Shown: positions 61,035 to 64,000 of the stretch, piece by piece | Layout: each line of letters begins with the position of its first letter | Position numbering within the stretch: position 1 is the first letter of the stretch | Origin: Lama guanicoe | Taxonomy: Eukaryota | DNA: 64,000 nucleotides | NCBI GenBank assembly: GCA_013239625.1 | Contig: MU053376.1 | Coordinates: forward strand, 2,693,078 to 2,757,077 | Direction: 5' to 3' | Program-made: the position numbers and the translations under genes | Notes under the pieces: model-generated | What the model saw: only the letters and a program-made list of their open reading frames with translations | Told to the model about the DNA's origin: nothing | Databases searched by the model: none

Positions 61035-62789
61035 CTTAGGGTCACCCAAACTCATCTGATGCCTTCCCCACAATGCTATAATTTCCTCTCATCAATACCT
61101 TAGCTCGCACTCTCACATTCCCCAAAACACTAAAACCACGTTGCTGCTGGATGTCAAAAAAAAATACATATTTTATAAACGTTTAGTAATAGCAGGGGAA
61201 TATTGCAAAACACAGAAAATAGCTTACAGACAAATAGCAGGTGTCACTGTTGCTCAAGGTCACTAACCTGCAAGCCCAGTGTATGAACCCAACCAATTAG
61301 TTTATCAGTTCTGCAGCTGATGGGTGAAGCAACCATTATCTTTTTTAGCCAAATGTTAACTGATATTGAACATTTATTATTCTCCTCTAATTGTAAACAC
61401 CATGTAAATACAAATATATGTGATGTAAAGTTAAAAATTAGATCGAGTATTTTTATGAAATTAGATGTTCATTTTAATTACAAAAGCAACTTTTCCTTAG
61501 TCTCTGGCCTGCTGCTGTAGTGTTGGACTTTTTGCTTATTTATTTATTTTTTTTTACTTCTTCTCTCTTTCCTGATCAAGTGCTCCAACTTTCTATGTTT
61601 TAGGCTGCCAGTGCAAAAACGTAAAACTCTTGTTCCATTAATATGCTGAGTAATTTGGCTCCTGATTGTCTCCCTATAGAGACTGGCCCATGACCATCCT
61701 TTTCAGAGCCAGAGACCTCCCTTCATCAACTTTTCCTAAATGGAAGAGCAATTTTTCTCTCAGAAGAATTTTGCCACTCTTCTAAAATGCTGAAGCAGCC
61801 CCTGGGAATTTTTTTTTTTTAATAACTGGCAGCTTTTCTTTCAGCTTCATGCTGCTTGTTTCACTTCTCAATATTACATAAGTATGCTCTTAATCATTTT
61901 TGGGAGATGTCTGTAAATGTTCTTGAGGCAAGAGTTCTAGATGAAACTTATGGTACTGATTCTAGAAAACTCAAAAGACAAAACCTTTACTGTGACTAAA
62001 GGACTTTTAATTATATAACCAAGATCAAAAGCTAAACTAATCTTACTTAAACTAGACTAAAATATTATAACTCAAAACATTAACTTTATTGTTCCAAAAT
62101 CTTGTGGAATTTAGCTTTTAAATTCCGGGTAAGAATCACTGTGATGATTTTCAAGTGCATGTTCTTCAAGGCTTTATTAATGGAGCATGACAGTAACTGT
62201 CCACAAGGAAACACCTGGGTAACTTTGCTGCAGACTTCAGCTGCTTAACATACACTAGACAAAGCTGCACAATTCCACGCTTAGGAGATCTGTAAACAAA
62301 CATTACCTGTGCCTCATGCAGCTGTGGAGGAAATAAATGTATTTCTATTTTTTCATCAGCCTATGGAACTAATTTTAATGGAAATGAAGAGACGCTAAGG
62401 ACTGGGTGGTCCATTGATTGATTCTAAATGCATAGAAGAGTCCAGTTAAGAAAATAACCTCAAAACTCCTGGGGCATTATGTAGGGCACTAGAGTTTTCA
62501 GCCCTGGATTGAGCACTGCTCTGATCCCGATTAAAAATAAGACGCAAAAGGATTAAAGTTTTTAAGTAGGTTAATTGCACCTAGGAAAAATACTCAAGAA
62601 TATATAGAAGTACAAAAATATCTGGCACCCAATATGGTGAAGTTCATAACGTCTAGCATCCAATAAAAGATTACCACCTATGCCAAAAAACAAGAAAATA
62701 TAGCTCATAATGTGGAAACCCCTAGGACTGCTGCTATTACCAAAAGCGTAAACCAAAAGCAGTCTCATTTTCCTGAAGAAGAGAAAGGG

Positions 62790-63070
62790 TCATAAAAATG
62801 TTATTGGCTTATCATTAACTTAATGAGATGATGACTCCAGTTGACAGTGCCAATCAACGCAGCCCTTCCCATCTGCTATATTGCTGTTGATCCAGAAAAT
62901 ATTTCTCTTTCTACCTGTTAGTAAAAACCACCAGAAGTAGTTTGCTATCACCTGGAAGGGCCATCAATACACATTTTCTGTTCTACTTATTACATCAACT
63001 CTCAACACTTCTATCTTAATCTAGCCTGTAGGGATCTTGATCATATCTCCTTTCTATAGAATATTACAGG
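62790..63070 (+). mobile_element. ERVL-class pol (reverse transcriptase) relic
   Basis: cagaagtagtttgctatcacctggaagggccatcaatacacattttctgttcta reads Q-K-*-F-A-I-T-W-K-G-H-Q-Y-T-F-S-V-L, matching the ERVL RT motif QFAFSWQGQQYTFTVL; disrupted by stops and indels. Confidence 0.7.
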
Positions 63071-63089
63071 CCTGTGGCATAACTTAGGA

Positions 63090-64000
63090 ACAGAGGGAAA
63101 GCCAGGAGGATAGCAGTGGAACGCAAAACTTGAAAGATTGCCAAGGGCCAGACAATTCAGCTTCTTGTAGACCAAGGATTTCAAGGATGGTAAGGATTTG
63201 GGTCTTTAGCTTGAAAACATTGGAAAGATTTTAAAGACTTTAAAGCCTGAGGCATTGGTAAAACTAAGGGAGATAGCAACATTCTTTTAAAATTATTATT
63301 ATTATTTCAATAATAGTAAGGGACTTTTCCTAACTGAGAAGAACAAAATGAGAATTGCATTTGGAAATGATTACTAAGTACGTTGTCAAAAATGGATGAG
63401 AATGGTGATGCACAGTTATTAAAGGAACATTAATTAAATGACTAGGACATTATTTCAGGTTAGAGATGATGGTAGCTCAGACTACAATGGCAGAAGATAT
63501 GGAAAGTGTGAATGGATAGAAGAAAGATTTAGAACCAAGAAGAGATGGATCTCTAAGATGGATTAAATTTTGAAATGTGAAAAGTCCAGTATCATGGATG
63601 AATCTGAAGATTTTTAAGTTATGCATCTATATGCATGATGTAACTATTCAATGAGATAAGAAACATTAGAGAGAACAAATGAACTTTGGAGGGAGTTTGG
63701 TATTTGGCATGTTGAGACTGAAGCATCCACATGGAGATGTGAAATGAGATTTATAGCATCTTAGGCTTAAAAGAGGTGTGGGCTAGATTTAGAATTTTTT
63801 ACGTTATGTACATATATTTGGTAATAGATCATTTGCCTGTGAGTTATAGTAGAATGTGAAGAGAGACTAGGCTTGAGTTTTGAGAAACTCAGACATTGAA
63901 TCAACAAGTAGTGGAGGATGATCTGAAAAAACTATGAAGTTTTTAATTGCAGAAAGGAATAATGGCCAGAGAGGTAGGTAGAAAGCCAATAGTATCCATG
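63090..64000 (-). mobile_element. L2 LINE fragment(s)
   Basis: Purine-rich antisense L2 motifs (caggttagagatgatggtagctcagact, tttggcatgttgag). Confidence 0.6.

Noticed and set aside
36100..64000. Search for a second CCP-containing gene (CR2/CR1-like or a CD55 paralogue)
   Set aside because: No sushi-domain exons or second CpG island found by eye; ORFs here map to TE relics or low-complexity sequence. A small exon could have been missed.

Overview
Mammalian genomic DNA, most likely a camelid (camel/alpaca), judged from Vic-1-like tRNA-derived SINEs. The window holds one complete protein-coding gene on the + strand: CD55 (decay-accelerating factor, DAF), from a CpG-island promoter at ~10.6-11.2 kb and ATG at 10882 to a distal poly(A) signal at ~36040. 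All exons were reconstructed by hand with GT-AG boundaries and consistent phases: signal peptide, CCP1, CCP2, split CCP3, CCP4, an S/T/P-rich stalk with 51-bp repeats and a stop-free 588-nt internal intron, a 21-nt micro-exon, an optional transmembrane exon, an optional cytoplasmic-tail exon, and a terminal exon. The terminal exon reads as a GPI signal in one frame and as a 40-aa hydrophilic tail in another. Predicted GPI forms are 361 aa (internal intron spliced) or 557 aa (retained). The rest is intronic or intergenic sequence dominated by old L1/L2/MIR/LTR/DNA-transposon relics and microsatellites, plus a 133-N gap flanked by near-identical duplications. Most ORF-track entries are spurious. 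I see no evidence of a wholly new gene system. The most interesting signals are in the CD55 3' splicing and reading-frame architecture and in the stalk repeats. Repeat family names, repeat boundaries and human comparisons are from memory and need database confirmation.
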